Below, one piece after another: positions 47,341 to 57,053 of a DNA stretch of 64,000 bases. The stretch is from Candidatus Levyibacteriota bacterium (GTDB taxonomy: Bacteria > Patescibacteriota > Microgenomatia > Levybacterales > UBA12049), in contig JACQHJ010000003.1 of NCBI GenBank assembly GCA_016199085.1, forward strand, positions 103,517 through 167,516, in the 5' to 3' direction. The notes under the pieces are model-generated. The model saw nothing but the letters and a program-made list of their open reading frames with translations, had not been told where the DNA came from and ran no database searches. The translations under genes were made by a program, and so were the position numbers. How positions within the stretch are numbered: position 1 is the first letter of the stretch; each line of letters starts with the position of its first letter.

Positions 47341-48817
47341 ATTGAGAAAGCACTTGCGTCATTCCTTCGGTAAGAGTGTCAAATGCACTTTCGGTGGAGC
47401 CGGCATTATAAATAGAATTTATGGCGTTACCAAGGTATGTATTTAGCTGCTGGTTTAAACCGTTATCATAAGTTGCATCGACAAAAAATGATGAACCGGC
47501 AGTTGGAGCCTGAGTCAAAAATGGATATACTAGAGGATTCTCCGAAGCTGTAGCTGCAAGATCAACTCTAGCATAGGGTTCGCCAAATGTCCTTTCCTTA
47601 GATTGCTCAAGATACATTTTTTCTTCCGTTTCCCTTTGCGCAAGAAAACTTACAAACATCAAGGCTTCTTTCTGATGAGTGCTTTTAGCAGAAACCCCAG
47701 ACGCCCAATAGCTTGCCATATTAATAGATTGGTTTGGTAGCTGCGGGACAGTTGTTATTTCAAAATTGAGGTTTGGATTAAATGCCTTGATTGTAAAATA
47801 ATCCCAGGAATAACCAAAAAACATTGCCAGGTTCCCTTTCGAAAAAGCGAGGATTGATGGATCAAGTGTAATATCCCAAACGTTATTTACGTCTGTTGCA
47901 AAGGATGTATAAAAATTCAACGCCCCCAATGCCCTGTCTCTTGAAGACTCCATGTCGGCAAGGTCAACGCTGTTTTGTAAAAATAACAAGGAGACTATAT
48001 CCGAAGCGTGAGAAATGTTATCGAAAGTTCCCATTGCGGCTCCAGCAGTTTTTATCTTACCTTCTTCATCTTTAACAGTTAGTATTCTGGCAAAGTCTAC
48101 GAAATCATTCCAGGTCTTGGGATATACAAGTCCTGCAGAGCTAAAAATATCCTTATTAACATACATTGCAAGAGTGTCTATGCTCATTGGAACACCATAA
48201 ATTGCCCCGTTTTGTATCAGATCTTTCTGAACAACTGGATAAAAAGAGTTTAAATATTCATCTTTTGAGATTGTCTTACTTGGAAAAGGAAGCAAGATGG
48301 ACGAAAGCATCGGATACCAGCTGTTGTGAAACAGGAAAATGTCAGGACCATTTCCGTTATCTATTCTTGTCTGAAGAGTTTCCCTGTATTGTTTTACATC
48401 TTGTTTTTCATATTTCACTTTAATGCTTGGATTTTGTCTTTGAAAATCATCGATTACTGCCTTCATTGTTTTCTCGTCTTCCCAAAGACCCCAGAAGGTA
48501 AGTTCTCCGCCTGTTGCGGTATTGCTCTTTCCTCCAAACAGAGTATTAACTGCGAAAAATATTACCGAAACCACTATTAAAACTACGACTGCTCCGATTA
48601 ATATCCTAAGTAAACCTCTAACGGGAAGTTTTCTTTTGTTTTCATTTGACGGTTTTGGCTCTTGGGGAGCCGTAGGAGGTGGCCCACTAAGTGGTGGCGG
48701 AGGATTATCCGGCGGATTTTGAGGTAAGGGATTATTCAAAGGCTCTCTGCCCGGCAAAGGAGGCATTTGACCCCCTGGCGGTTGAGGACTTTGAAATACT
48801 GTTTGATCGTTTTCCAT
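47330..48817 (-). CDS. Extracellular solute-binding protein (ABC family 1-like), orphan, with a Pro-rich N-terminal region and a TM anchor
   Basis: The N-terminal 60 aa are P/Q/N-rich, then a TM, then an SBP-like fold (WGLWEDEK...YGVPMSIDTLAMYVNKD). No permease or ATPase genes are adjacent. Confidence 0.65.
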   Translation of the reverse strand: MENDQTVFQSPQPPGGQMPPLPGREPLNNPLPQNPPDNPPPPLSGPPPTAPQEPKPSNENKRKLPVRGLLRILIGAVVVLIVVSVIFFAVNTLFGGKSNTATGGELTFWGLWEDEKTMKAVIDDFQRQNPSIKVKYEKQDVKQYRETLQTRIDNGNGPDIFLFHNSWYPMLSSILLPFPSKTISKDEYLNSFYPVVQKDLIQNGAIYGVPMSIDTLAMYVNKDIFSSAGLVYPKTWNDFVDFARILTVKDEEGKIKTAGAAMGTFDNISHASDIVSLLFLQNSVDLADMESSRDRALGALNFYTSFATDVNNVWDITLDPSILAFSKGNLAMFFGYSWDYFTIKAFNPNLNFEITTVPQLPNQSINMASYWASGVSAKSTHQKEALMFVSFLAQRETEEKMYLEQSKERTFGEPYARVDLAATASENPLVYPFLTQAPTAGSSFFVDATYDNGLNQQLNTYLGNAINSIYNAGSTESAFDTLTEGMTQVLSQYGQ

Positions 48818-48856
48818 GAGCTTTTTATAGTATAATACAATATATAAAGCTACTCA

Positions 48857-50302
48857 ATGAAGACATCCTTTCAAAAGCTAAAAACCAAATTTCGTTTTAG
48901 GTATTCAAAGCGTCTTAAGAAAATAGTCGCCAATCTTTTCTGGTTTTTTACAGGAGCTTTCCTTTCATTAATTTTTTTAACAAGTCTTATCCTTTTTGTC
49001 TATCAAAAGATTTATGACAATAAAGTTTATCCAGGTATTTATGTAGGGAATAAGGATTTTGGAGGACAAACTAAAGAATATGTAAAAAACTATTACAAAG
49101 CAAAAAATAATCAAATAAGCGAATCTTCTTTTGTTTTTACTAGCGACTATGGAATAGCAACGATTTCAGCAAAGCAGATTGGCTTTGGCTATGAACCCGA
49201 TTTACTCGCCGAGCAAGCCTACTCCCTAGGTAAATCTACCAACCTTTTATCTAATATAAGCGTAATTGTCCAGGCATATTTTACAGGCATACATCTTTCT
49301 CCGACCTATGCTTTTTCAAGAGATGTGTTAGCCGAGAACCTAAAACCTATTAAGGAAAAAATAGATAAAAAACCCGTTGATGCCCAGTTTGCATTTAAAA
49401 ACGGAAGAGTTACGACCTTTAAACCATCAAGTAACGGTCAGGTTTTAGAGATAGATAAAATATTTAAGCTCGTTGAAGAAAAAACTCCGACAGTCATTTC
49501 ATCGGCAAAAACCGAGACAATTACAATACCTCTTCCTATTACCGTACTTTTCCCAAATATCACTACAGAAGAAGCAAATAATATGGGGATCAAGGAACTC
49601 ATAGGAAAAGGGGAGTCTACTTTTTTCCATTCAATCCCAGGGAGAGTTTATAATGTAAACCTGGCATCTTCAAGACTAGACGGAGTCCTGATAGCACCAG
49701 GCGAAGTGTTTTCTTTCAATAAAGCGCTTGGCGATGTATCAGCCTTCACGGGCTATAAGCAGGCATATATAATCCAAAACGGCAGAACGGTCCTAGGAGA
49801 CGGAGGAGGGGTTTGTCAGGTCTCTACAACCTTTTTCAGAGCTATTTTAGACGCAGGGCTTCCCATTGTTGAAAGACAAGCCCATGCATATAGAGTAGGC
49901 TATTACGAACAGGATTCACCCCCTGGAATTGATGCAACAATCTTTGTGCCAAGCGTTGATTTAAAGTTTAAAAACGATACTGGACACTATATTTTGGTTC
50001 AAAGAGAAATTGACCTTGCCAATTATTCCTTAAAATTCTATCTTTATGGAACAAGCGACGGAAGGAAAACTGAGATAGGAAAACCGGTAATATTAAGCCA
50101 GTCTCCTCCGCCTGAACCTTTATACCAGGATGATCCAAACTTACCCGTTGGTCAAGTTTCGCAAACAGACTTTGCGGCCTGGGGAGCAAATGTCTATTTT
50201 ACAAGAACCGTAACCAGAGACGGGAAAGTAATAATTTCCGATAAATTCACCTCCAACTACAGACCCTGGCAAGCAGTATTTTTAAGAGGCACCAAACAAT
50301 AA
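48857..50302 (+). CDS. VanW family protein
   Basis: N-terminal TM, then the VanW core (GYKQAYIIQNGRTVLGDGGGVCQVSTTFFRA). Confidence 0.75.
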   Translation: MKTSFQKLKTKFRFRYSKRLKKIVANLFWFFTGAFLSLIFLTSLILFVYQKIYDNKVYPGIYVGNKDFGGQTKEYVKNYYKAKNNQISESSFVFTSDYGIATISAKQIGFGYEPDLLAEQAYSLGKSTNLLSNISVIVQAYFTGIHLSPTYAFSRDVLAENLKPIKEKIDKKPVDAQFAFKNGRVTTFKPSSNGQVLEIDKIFKLVEEKTPTVISSAKTETITIPLPITVLFPNITTEEANNMGIKELIGKGESTFFHSIPGRVYNVNLASSRLDGVLIAPGEVFSFNKALGDVSAFTGYKQAYIIQNGRTVLGDGGGVCQVSTTFFRAILDAGLPIVERQAHAYRVGYYEQDSPPGIDATIFVPSVDLKFKNDTGHYILVQREIDLANYSLKFYLYGTSDGRKTEIGKPVILSQSPPPEPLYQDDPNLPVGQVSQTDFAAWGANVYFTRTVTRDGKVIISDKFTSNYRPWQAVFLRGTKQ

Positions 50303-50303
50303 A

Positions 50304-50789
50304 ATGGGCAAGGTCGTAACTTTAGAAAAAGCCATAGACTTGGCCAATGAAATAAAACAAACCGGTAGAACAATTGTTTTAGCGGGAGGATGTTTTGATA
50401 TTTTGCATATTGGACATATTAAGTTTTTAGAAAAAGCCAAGAAACAGGGAGACTTTCTTTTCATACTTTTGGAAAACGACGACTCCGTTAAGAAATTAAA
50501 AGGTGAGAATAGACCGATAAATTCACAAAGCGACAGGGCGCAGATTTTATCTGCCTTACAATCCGTTAATTTCGTCGTCTTACTTAATAAAATGGAGTCT
50601 GATAGTCAATACGATGACCTGATCCAAAAACTCAAACCCGATATTATCGCTGTTACTCAAAACGATTCCCAAGAAGTTCACGCAAAAAGACAGGCGAAAA
50701 ATATAAATGCAAAAGTGGTAAAAGTTACGGATAAGATTGAAGATCAGTCTACAACAAGACTTGCAAAATTAATTTCAGAAAATTTTTAA
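50304..50789 (+). CDS. Cytidylyltransferase-fold adenylyltransferase (HldC/RfaE domain II-like)
   Basis: TIVLAGGCFDILHIGHIKFLEKAKKQGDFLFILLENDDSVKKLKGENRPINS closely parallels HldE domain II (VFTNGCFDILHAGHVSYLE...RLKGDSRPVNP). Confidence 0.6.
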   Translation: MGKVVTLEKAIDLANEIKQTGRTIVLAGGCFDILHIGHIKFLEKAKKQGDFLFILLENDDSVKKLKGENRPINSQSDRAQILSALQSVNFVVLLNKMESDSQYDDLIQKLKPDIIAVTQNDSQEVHAKRQAKNINAKVVKVTDKIEDQSTTRLAKLISENF

Positions 50790-50791
50790 AT

Positions 50792-51241
50792 ATGAGACTA
50801 CTTTTTTTAGCTTTTGTCTTATTATCAACAATTTTCTTATCCTCAGTCATATTTATGTTTTTCTTCAATAATCAAAAGGCGTATGTTGTAATAAACGGGA
50901 AATATTTTAATACCGAAATTGCCAAAACAGATAAGCAAAAAGCAGTAGGACTTTCTAAATACAATAAAATAGAAAATAACTTCGGCATGCTTTTCCCATA
51001 TCAAACAGAAGATTATTATTCTTTTTGGATGAAAAATATGAAATTTCCAATAGACATTATTTATATTAGGAAAAATAAGATTTCTACAATCTTTAAAAAT
51101 GTAGACTTTCCTAAAAATCAGGAGGAAGAGCTAATTAAATATACCCCCGACGAACCCTCTGATCTTGTCTTTGAGATAAACGGTGGACTTTCCGATAAAT
51201 ATAACTTTAAGATAGGAAACAATGTTAAAATAGTTTATTGA
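50792..51241 (+). CDS. DUF192 (COG1430) family protein
   Basis: FGMLFPY...YSFWMKNMKFPIDIIYI matches the DUF192 motif (GLMF...WMKNT.IPLDIIF). Confidence 0.6.
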   Translation: MRLLFLAFVLLSTIFLSSVIFMFFFNNQKAYVVINGKYFNTEIAKTDKQKAVGLSKYNKIENNFGMLFPYQTEDYYSFWMKNMKFPIDIIYIRKNKISTIFKNVDFPKNQEEELIKYTPDEPSDLVFEINGGLSDKYNFKIGNNVKIVY

Positions 51242-51242
51242 A

Positions 51243-52268
51243 ATGATAATTTTAGGAATTGAGACAAGCTGCGATGAAACTTCTGCCGCAATCGTCACAA
51301 CAGGAAAAAACAGTCAGGAAGTAACTCTGCTTTCTAATGTTGTTGCCACTTCTCTTTCTTTACATACCAAAACTGGCGGAATAATTCCGGAAGTTGCAGC
51401 CAGAGAGCAGGTTAAATATATAATCCCAGTAATTGACGAAGCTTTGAAAAAAGCTTCCATCGATATTTCCGATATAGACACCATAGCCGTAACAACCGGA
51501 CCCGGACTAATAGGATCTCTTTTGGTAGGGGTGGAAACGGCGAAAACATTGAGCTTTACTTTGGGAAAACCAATTGTATCCGTAAATCATCTCTATGGAC
51601 ATATCTACGCTAACTTTATTAAAGATCCTCTAAGTAAAGACGTTATTGAATTTCCGGCTGTCTCCTTGGTTGTTTCGGGAGGACATACGGATTTAGTCTT
51701 AATAAAAAATCATAAGAATTTTGTCTGGCTTGGAGGAACAAGAGACGATGCCGCAGGAGAAGCATTTGATAAAGTAGGAAGATTACTTAATCTTCCTTAT
51801 CCAGCAGGACCTGTCATAGAAAAACTATCACAAAAAGGGGATAGTCAAAAATATAAATTTCCCCACCCATTGATTGACTCAGATGATTTTGACTTTAGTT
51901 TTAGCGGTTTAAAAACAGCAGTCCTTCGAGAAGTTTTAGACAGAAAACTTAGTAAAAGTGAAACAGTTGATATTTGTGCATCTTTTCAAAAAGCAATAAT
52001 TGATACTCTGATAGTAAAAACAATAAAAGCAGCTAGAAAATACAATGTTAAATCAATTCTTCTGGGTGGAGGCGTAGCTGCAAACCAAAAACTAAAAGAA
52101 AGCATTACTTTACAAATTAACGATAATTTAAGCGGTACTAAAATATTTATCCCTACAAAAAATCTTTGCACCGATAATGCCGCAATGATTGCTGCAGCAG
52201 GCTTTTTTAACTACAAAAAGTCTTCATGGAGAGATATAGACGCAAATCCTGAAAGCTACTTTATCTAG
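51243..52268 (+). CDS. tsaD: tRNA N6-adenosine threonylcarbamoyltransferase TsaD (Kae1/YgjD)
   Basis: ILGIETSCDETSAAIV and the metal-binding His pair HLYGHI. Confidence 0.9.
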   Translation: MIILGIETSCDETSAAIVTTGKNSQEVTLLSNVVATSLSLHTKTGGIIPEVAAREQVKYIIPVIDEALKKASIDISDIDTIAVTTGPGLIGSLLVGVETAKTLSFTLGKPIVSVNHLYGHIYANFIKDPLSKDVIEFPAVSLVVSGGHTDLVLIKNHKNFVWLGGTRDDAAGEAFDKVGRLLNLPYPAGPVIEKLSQKGDSQKYKFPHPLIDSDDFDFSFSGLKTAVLREVLDRKLSKSETVDICASFQKAIIDTLIVKTIKAARKYNVKSILLGGGVAANQKLKESITLQINDNLSGTKIFIPTKNLCTDNAAMIAAAGFFNYKKSSWRDIDANPESYFI

Positions 52269-52280
52269 ACTTGCGTCTAA

Positions 52281-53306
52281 ATGATAGAATATAAAATAAT
52301 GCAACTAGACCTGCTCATAATTGTATCTGTAATAATCATTGGTTTTGTCGTACTTTTAGTCCTAATTAACAGAAAGCTCTCGGATATTTCCCAAAACAAA
52401 ACCGACCAGGCGCTTTTGGAATGGCTTAAAACCATGCAAATATCTATCAACTCCTCCTCATCCCATATGGTCAAGACCCTACAGGAAAACTCAAAGCAGC
52501 TAAATGATAGACTTGAAAAAACAGCAAGCGTTATCCAGGACGTTGAAAGGGAAGTCGGACAAATGAGTGAAATAGGAAGAAACATGAAGGAACTGCAGGA
52601 CTTTCTAAAAAGTCCGAAACTAAGAGGAAATATCGGGGAACAAGTCTTAAAGGATCTAATCGCCCAGATGTTTCCCAAAAGCAGTTTCTATTTACAGTAC
52701 GCATTCAAATCCGGAGATAAAGTCGATGCGGCTATAAAAACAGACGCGGGAATCCTTTCTATAGACTCCAAATTCCCGATGGAGAATTTTGTCAAAATGA
52801 CTAAGTTTCCAACCAAAAGTGTTGAGTATTCTGCTTTCCAAAAGGAATTTATTAAAGATTTGAAAAAACATATAGAAGCAATCTCGCAAAAATACATTTT
52901 ACCATCCGAAGGAACAATGGATTTTGCCCTAATGTATATTCCAAGCGAATCAGTCTATTATGAAGTAGTCAATCTTCCTGAAGTACTAGACTATGCCAGA
53001 AAACTAAGAGTCTATCTTGTATCCCCTTCGACTCTATATGCACATTTACAGACAATACTACTCTCCTTTGAGGGAAAAAGAATCGAAAGCACATCTAAAG
53101 AACTTTTTGCCTTACTTAGAAATATTGTTATTGATTTTGAAAAGGTTGATGAAAATCTCTCTATACTTGGAAAACATATTAATAATTCCTATTCCCAATT
53201 TTCAAACGTTTCAAGCGGATTTGCAAACCTTGGCAATAAAATGAAATTGACAAAAAGTCTGGAATATAATAAAAAAGAAATTACACAAAATAAAGGGGGT
53301 GAATAA
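52281..53306 (+). CDS. rmuC: DNA recombination protein RmuC
   Basis: N-terminal TM plus coiled coil and the RmuC core (GNIGEQVLKDLIAQMFP...PDAAIKTDAGILSIDSKFP). Confidence 0.8.
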   Translation: MIEYKIMQLDLLIIVSVIIIGFVVLLVLINRKLSDISQNKTDQALLEWLKTMQISINSSSSHMVKTLQENSKQLNDRLEKTASVIQDVEREVGQMSEIGRNMKELQDFLKSPKLRGNIGEQVLKDLIAQMFPKSSFYLQYAFKSGDKVDAAIKTDAGILSIDSKFPMENFVKMTKFPTKSVEYSAFQKEFIKDLKKHIEAISQKYILPSEGTMDFALMYIPSESVYYEVVNLPEVLDYARKLRVYLVSPSTLYAHLQTILLSFEGKRIESTSKELFALLRNIVIDFEKVDENLSILGKHINNSYSQFSNVSSGFANLGNKMKLTKSLEYNKKEITQNKGGE

Positions 53307-53311
53307 AATTT

Positions 53312-53737
53312 ATGAATACAAAATTAATCGGTATTGTAGGAGTAGTCGTAGTCTTGGTCATTGCAGCAGTTGTAGTATTTAATACCAAAAGCGCAAATCA
53401 AAATAACACTTCTGGTGGTAACCCAAGCCCAACAGTCTTTGCTACGCCAACAGGAAACATTCAATCACAAACAACGAATGTTCAAGTATCAGCAAGTGGT
53501 TTTGAACCACAAGAAATTAAAATAAAGAAAGGTGCAAGAGTAGTCTGGACAAACACAAGCGGCGCAAAAGCTACCGTAAGCTCAGATGTTCATCCAACTC
53601 ATTTACTCTTCCCATTTTTAAATCTTGGAGCGTTTGAAGATAAGCAGAGTGTATCGGTAATCTTTGAAAAGCCAGGAACTTATACATATCACAATCATTT
53701 CAAACCAAGCCAAACAGGAACCGTGGTGGTAGAGTAA
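53312..53737 (+). CDS. Secreted cupredoxin-like domain protein lacking the canonical Cys ligand
   Basis: N-terminal TM/signal, then a cupredoxin-like beta pattern (EIKIKKGARVVWTNTS...HPTH...GTYTYHNHFKPSQTGTVVV). There is no Cys where the type-1 copper site would carry one. Confidence 0.5.
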   Translation: MNTKLIGIVGVVVVLVIAAVVVFNTKSANQNNTSGGNPSPTVFATPTGNIQSQTTNVQVSASGFEPQEIKIKKGARVVWTNTSGAKATVSSDVHPTHLLFPFLNLGAFEDKQSVSVIFEKPGTYTYHNHFKPSQTGTVVVE

Positions 53738-53768
53738 GGATAGATTTTGGCTGTGATACAATACCTGC

Positions 53769-56663
53769 ATGAAGGCGGGCATCAATTTAGATAAAAACCA
53801 GCTTAAAGCTGTAAAATTTGGTGGCGGACCCCTCCTTATTATCGCTGGAGCAGGAACAGGAAAAACAACTGTAATCACCGAACGCATAAAACATCTTGTT
53901 ATAGACAAAAATGTAACCACCTCCCAAATACTTGCTTTAACGTTTACTGAAAAAGCTGCGGCTGAGATGATCGAGCGGGTTGACCAGGCAATGCCCTATG
54001 GGTATACACAAACGTGGATCTCAACGTTTCATTCTTTTTGCGATCGGGTTTTAAGATCTGAAAGCATTCATATAGGACTAAATCCTTCATATAAACTGAT
54101 GACAGAAGCAGAAAGCATTCTGTTTCTAAAAACAAATCTTTTTAAATTTAAATTCAATTATTTCAGGCCTCTTGGAAATCCCAATAAATTCTTGGAAGCA
54201 ATCCTTCAGCATTTCTCAAGGCTTAAAGACGAAGACGTATTGCCAGACAAATATCTGGAGTTTATTAAAACAAACAAACAATTAAGAAAAGAAAACCAAG
54301 AATATAAAAAATATCTTGAATTATCCCAAGCTTTTCTAACCTATGAAAAACTGAAAGCAAAAGAGTCAGTCATGGATTTTTCAGACCTAATCTCAAATAC
54401 CTTAAAACTTTTTAGGACCAGGCCGAACATTTTAAAACAGTACCAGGAAATGTTTCGCTACATTTTAGTAGATGAATTCCAGGACACAAACTATGCCCAA
54501 AACGAACTGGCAATTTTGATTTCGGGTAAAAAACGAAACATAACTGTTGTAGGAGACGATGACCAGTCAATTTACAGATTTCGGGGAAGTTCGATTTCCA
54601 ATATTTTGCAATTTAAGAAAAGATTTCCTAAAACCAAAATAATAACCCTTACAAAAAACTTTCGCTCTACAAAAGAAATTTTGGAAAGATCATATAAACT
54701 TATCCAATTTAATAATCCCGATAGGTTGGAGGTAAAAGAGAAAATAAATAAAAAACTTATTTCTGCAAGAAACATAGACGGAAAAGAAACCGAACTTTTA
54801 TATAAGCCAAGGGTCGAAGATGAAGCAGAAGCAGTAGTAAATAAAATCAAAGAGGTCTATAAAGACGGGGAGAAATATGACTATAAAGACTTTGCCATTT
54901 TAGTTCGGGCAAATGACCACGCAGACAGTTTTATAAGAGCTTTGGAAAGATCAAAAATTCCCTATCAATTCCTAGGCCCAGGAAGACTTTTTCACCAGGA
55001 AGAGATAAAAGACCTAGTCGCCTATTTAAAAGTCTTATATAACTTTGATGATACGGCATCTTTATACAGAGTTTTGAATATGCCTGTGTTTGACTTTGAG
55101 TCTTTGAGTATCTCGGCAATTTTAAATTATATGAAAAGAAAAAATTATTCTCTTTTTGAAGCCCTGGAACATATTGACGATTTAGTCCTAAAACAAACTA
55201 CAAAAGATAAATTTAAATCCTTAACTAAAATGATAAAAAGACACATAAAACTTGTTCCAAAACAAACAGCAGGGCAAATTCTCTATTATTTTTTGGAAGA
55301 ATCGGGTCTTTTCAAAAGCATTCTGGAATATCAAACCCTCAAAGAAGAATTGATTGCTAAAAATATAGCAAAGTTTTTTGATAAGCTAAAAACCTATGAG
55401 GGAGAACACAAATCCGCAAGTGTTTTTGACGTTGTCGATTGGATAGATCTTTCAATGCAAATGGGTGAAAGCCCTTTGTCTTCCGAAACCGACTGGTCTG
55501 AAAATAATGCGGTAAATATTTTAACCGTTCATTCAAGCAAGGGTCTTGAATTTCCTATTGTCTTTTTGGTAAATCTTGTAGCTCAAAGGTTTCCAACGAG
55601 AGAAAGAGGAGAAAAGATACCGATTCCTCTTGCCCTGATTAAGGAAATACTTCCAAGTGGAGATTTCCATCTCCAGGAAGAAAGAAGGCTTTTTTATGTT
55701 GGTATGACAAGAGCAAAAGACCAGCTGTTTTTTTCTGCCGCTAACTTCTATGGGCAGGGGAAACAAAACAGAAAACTTTCTCCCTTTGTCTATGAAGCTC
55801 TTGGTGAAAGAGAAGTTGAGAATATCTTAAACAGGCAAAATCCTAACATCAACTTACAGCTTTCTTTTAACGGCTGGGCTCAAGGCCAAGAAAAGATTGA
55901 GGAAAAAAAGAGCAACAATCTTTTGATAGATTATATTTCCTATTCTCACCTGCAGACTTTTGCAACGTGTCCTTTGCATTACAAATTAAGATATCTTTTA
56001 AAAATCCCGGGAGCTCCTACGCCTTCTCAAAGTTTTGGAACGAGTATTCATCTAGTTCTAAGAGATTTCTATCAAAGCTGGATTATAGGAAAAAAGCTTA
56101 GCACTAAAGACTCCTCTAAACTTTTTACAACAAACTGGATAAACGAAGGATATTTTAGTAAGGAGCATGAGAAAAAAGCTTTGGCGAAAGCAAAACAAAT
56201 TGTAATTAAATATTTAAAAAAGAATTTTAATAAAGACCATCTTCCTATTGCGTTGGAACAGCCGTTTAAGTTTAACTTGGGTAATTTAAAGATCAGTGGA
56301 AGAATAGATAGAATTGATTTATTGGAAAATGGGAAAGTAGAAATAATAGATTATAAAACTGGACAAAACAAGCTAACGCAAAAGAGACTGGATGAAAGTG
56401 AGCAGTTAAGCCTTTATGCACTTGCCGCAAGAGAAATATTGGAGAAACCTTTTAATATAGATCCCAAGAATTTAATTCTTTCTTTTCACTATCTTGATAC
56501 AAATACCAAGCTTTCTACAAAAAGAACAAATATACAGCTTGACGAGGCAAAGAAAGAAGTTTTGAAAAAGGTAAAAGAAATAGAAAAAAGCGAGTTTGAA
56601 TGCTCAAGGTCAATTTACTGCAAAAATTGTGAGTATAAAATGCTTTGTTCAACATACCTCTAA
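53769..56663 (+). CDS. UvrD/PcrA-family SF1 helicase fused to a C-terminal PD-(D/E)XK (AddA/Cas4-like) nuclease domain with a terminal Cys cluster
   Basis: Walker A AGAGTGKTT; helicase motifs (VDEFQDTNYAQ, TVHSSKGLEFPIV, YVGMTRAK). The C-terminal ~250 aa has a PD-(D/E)XK-like GRIDRID...EIIDYK and terminal ...C.RS.YC.NC.....C. Confidence 0.8.
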   Translation: MKAGINLDKNQLKAVKFGGGPLLIIAGAGTGKTTVITERIKHLVIDKNVTTSQILALTFTEKAAAEMIERVDQAMPYGYTQTWISTFHSFCDRVLRSESIHIGLNPSYKLMTEAESILFLKTNLFKFKFNYFRPLGNPNKFLEAILQHFSRLKDEDVLPDKYLEFIKTNKQLRKENQEYKKYLELSQAFLTYEKLKAKESVMDFSDLISNTLKLFRTRPNILKQYQEMFRYILVDEFQDTNYAQNELAILISGKKRNITVVGDDDQSIYRFRGSSISNILQFKKRFPKTKIITLTKNFRSTKEILERSYKLIQFNNPDRLEVKEKINKKLISARNIDGKETELLYKPRVEDEAEAVVNKIKEVYKDGEKYDYKDFAILVRANDHADSFIRALERSKIPYQFLGPGRLFHQEEIKDLVAYLKVLYNFDDTASLYRVLNMPVFDFESLSISAILNYMKRKNYSLFEALEHIDDLVLKQTTKDKFKSLTKMIKRHIKLVPKQTAGQILYYFLEESGLFKSILEYQTLKEELIAKNIAKFFDKLKTYEGEHKSASVFDVVDWIDLSMQMGESPLSSETDWSENNAVNILTVHSSKGLEFPIVFLVNLVAQRFPTRERGEKIPIPLALIKEILPSGDFHLQEERRLFYVGMTRAKDQLFFSAANFYGQGKQNRKLSPFVYEALGEREVENILNRQNPNINLQLSFNGWAQGQEKIEEKKSNNLLIDYISYSHLQTFATCPLHYKLRYLLKIPGAPTPSQSFGTSIHLVLRDFYQSWIIGKKLSTKDSSKLFTTNWINEGYFSKEHEKKALAKAKQIVIKYLKKNFNKDHLPIALEQPFKFNLGNLKISGRIDRIDLLENGKVEIIDYKTGQNKLTQKRLDESEQLSLYALAAREILEKPFNIDPKNLILSFHYLDTNTKLSTKRTNIQLDEAKKEVLKKVKEIEKSEFECSRSIYCKNCEYKMLCSTYL

Positions 56664-56685
56664 AATGGCTTAATTTGCCTCTTTT

Positions 56686-56694
56686 TGGTATAAT
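56686..56694 (+). promoter_or_regulatory. Extended -10 promoter element (TGgTATAAT) positioned for an rnpB transcription start at about 56701-56704
   Basis: tggtataat read at 56686-56694, 9 nt upstream of the predicted P1 5' end. Confidence 0.5.
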
Positions 56695-56703
56695 ACACAT
56701 GTT

Positions 56704-57050
56704 CTTTGGAAGATGAGTTGCTAGTTCGATTTATTTCGGACAGGAAAGTCCAGACAGGTATAAGGCCAGGATTGGAACGTAAGTTCCGACTAGAAATAGC
56801 TAGTGTCTAAAACCTCACCCACATATGGTTTTAGAACAGATTATGAATTAACATAATCTGAGAGCAACAGAGACGAGTGGGAGTGAAACGGGCAATCCTA
56901 CCTGCTGTAACCTCCGAATGATGCGCTAAAAGAGCTTTATCTTGCATCGAAGTTTGAGGGCAGTTTCGAAAAGAAACCAAAAGTGACTAAATATCACATT
57001 TGAGACAGATTGCAACTTAGAAACAGAATCTGGCTTACTATCTTCCAAAG
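56704..57050 (+). ncRNA. rnpB: RNase P RNA (bacterial type A-like)
   Basis: An 11-bp P1 helix is formed by ctttggaagat (56704-56714) and atcttccaaag (57040-57050). The 5' P4/CR-I element is ggaaagtccagac (consensus GGAAAGUCCGGGC). The 3' CR-V element is acagaatctggcttac (consensus ACAGAAcCCGGCUUA). An internal gtgaaacgggcaatcctacc matches the conserved GUGAAA/GGG-type region. Length is about 347 nt. Confidence 0.75.
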
Positions 57051-57053
57051 AAC

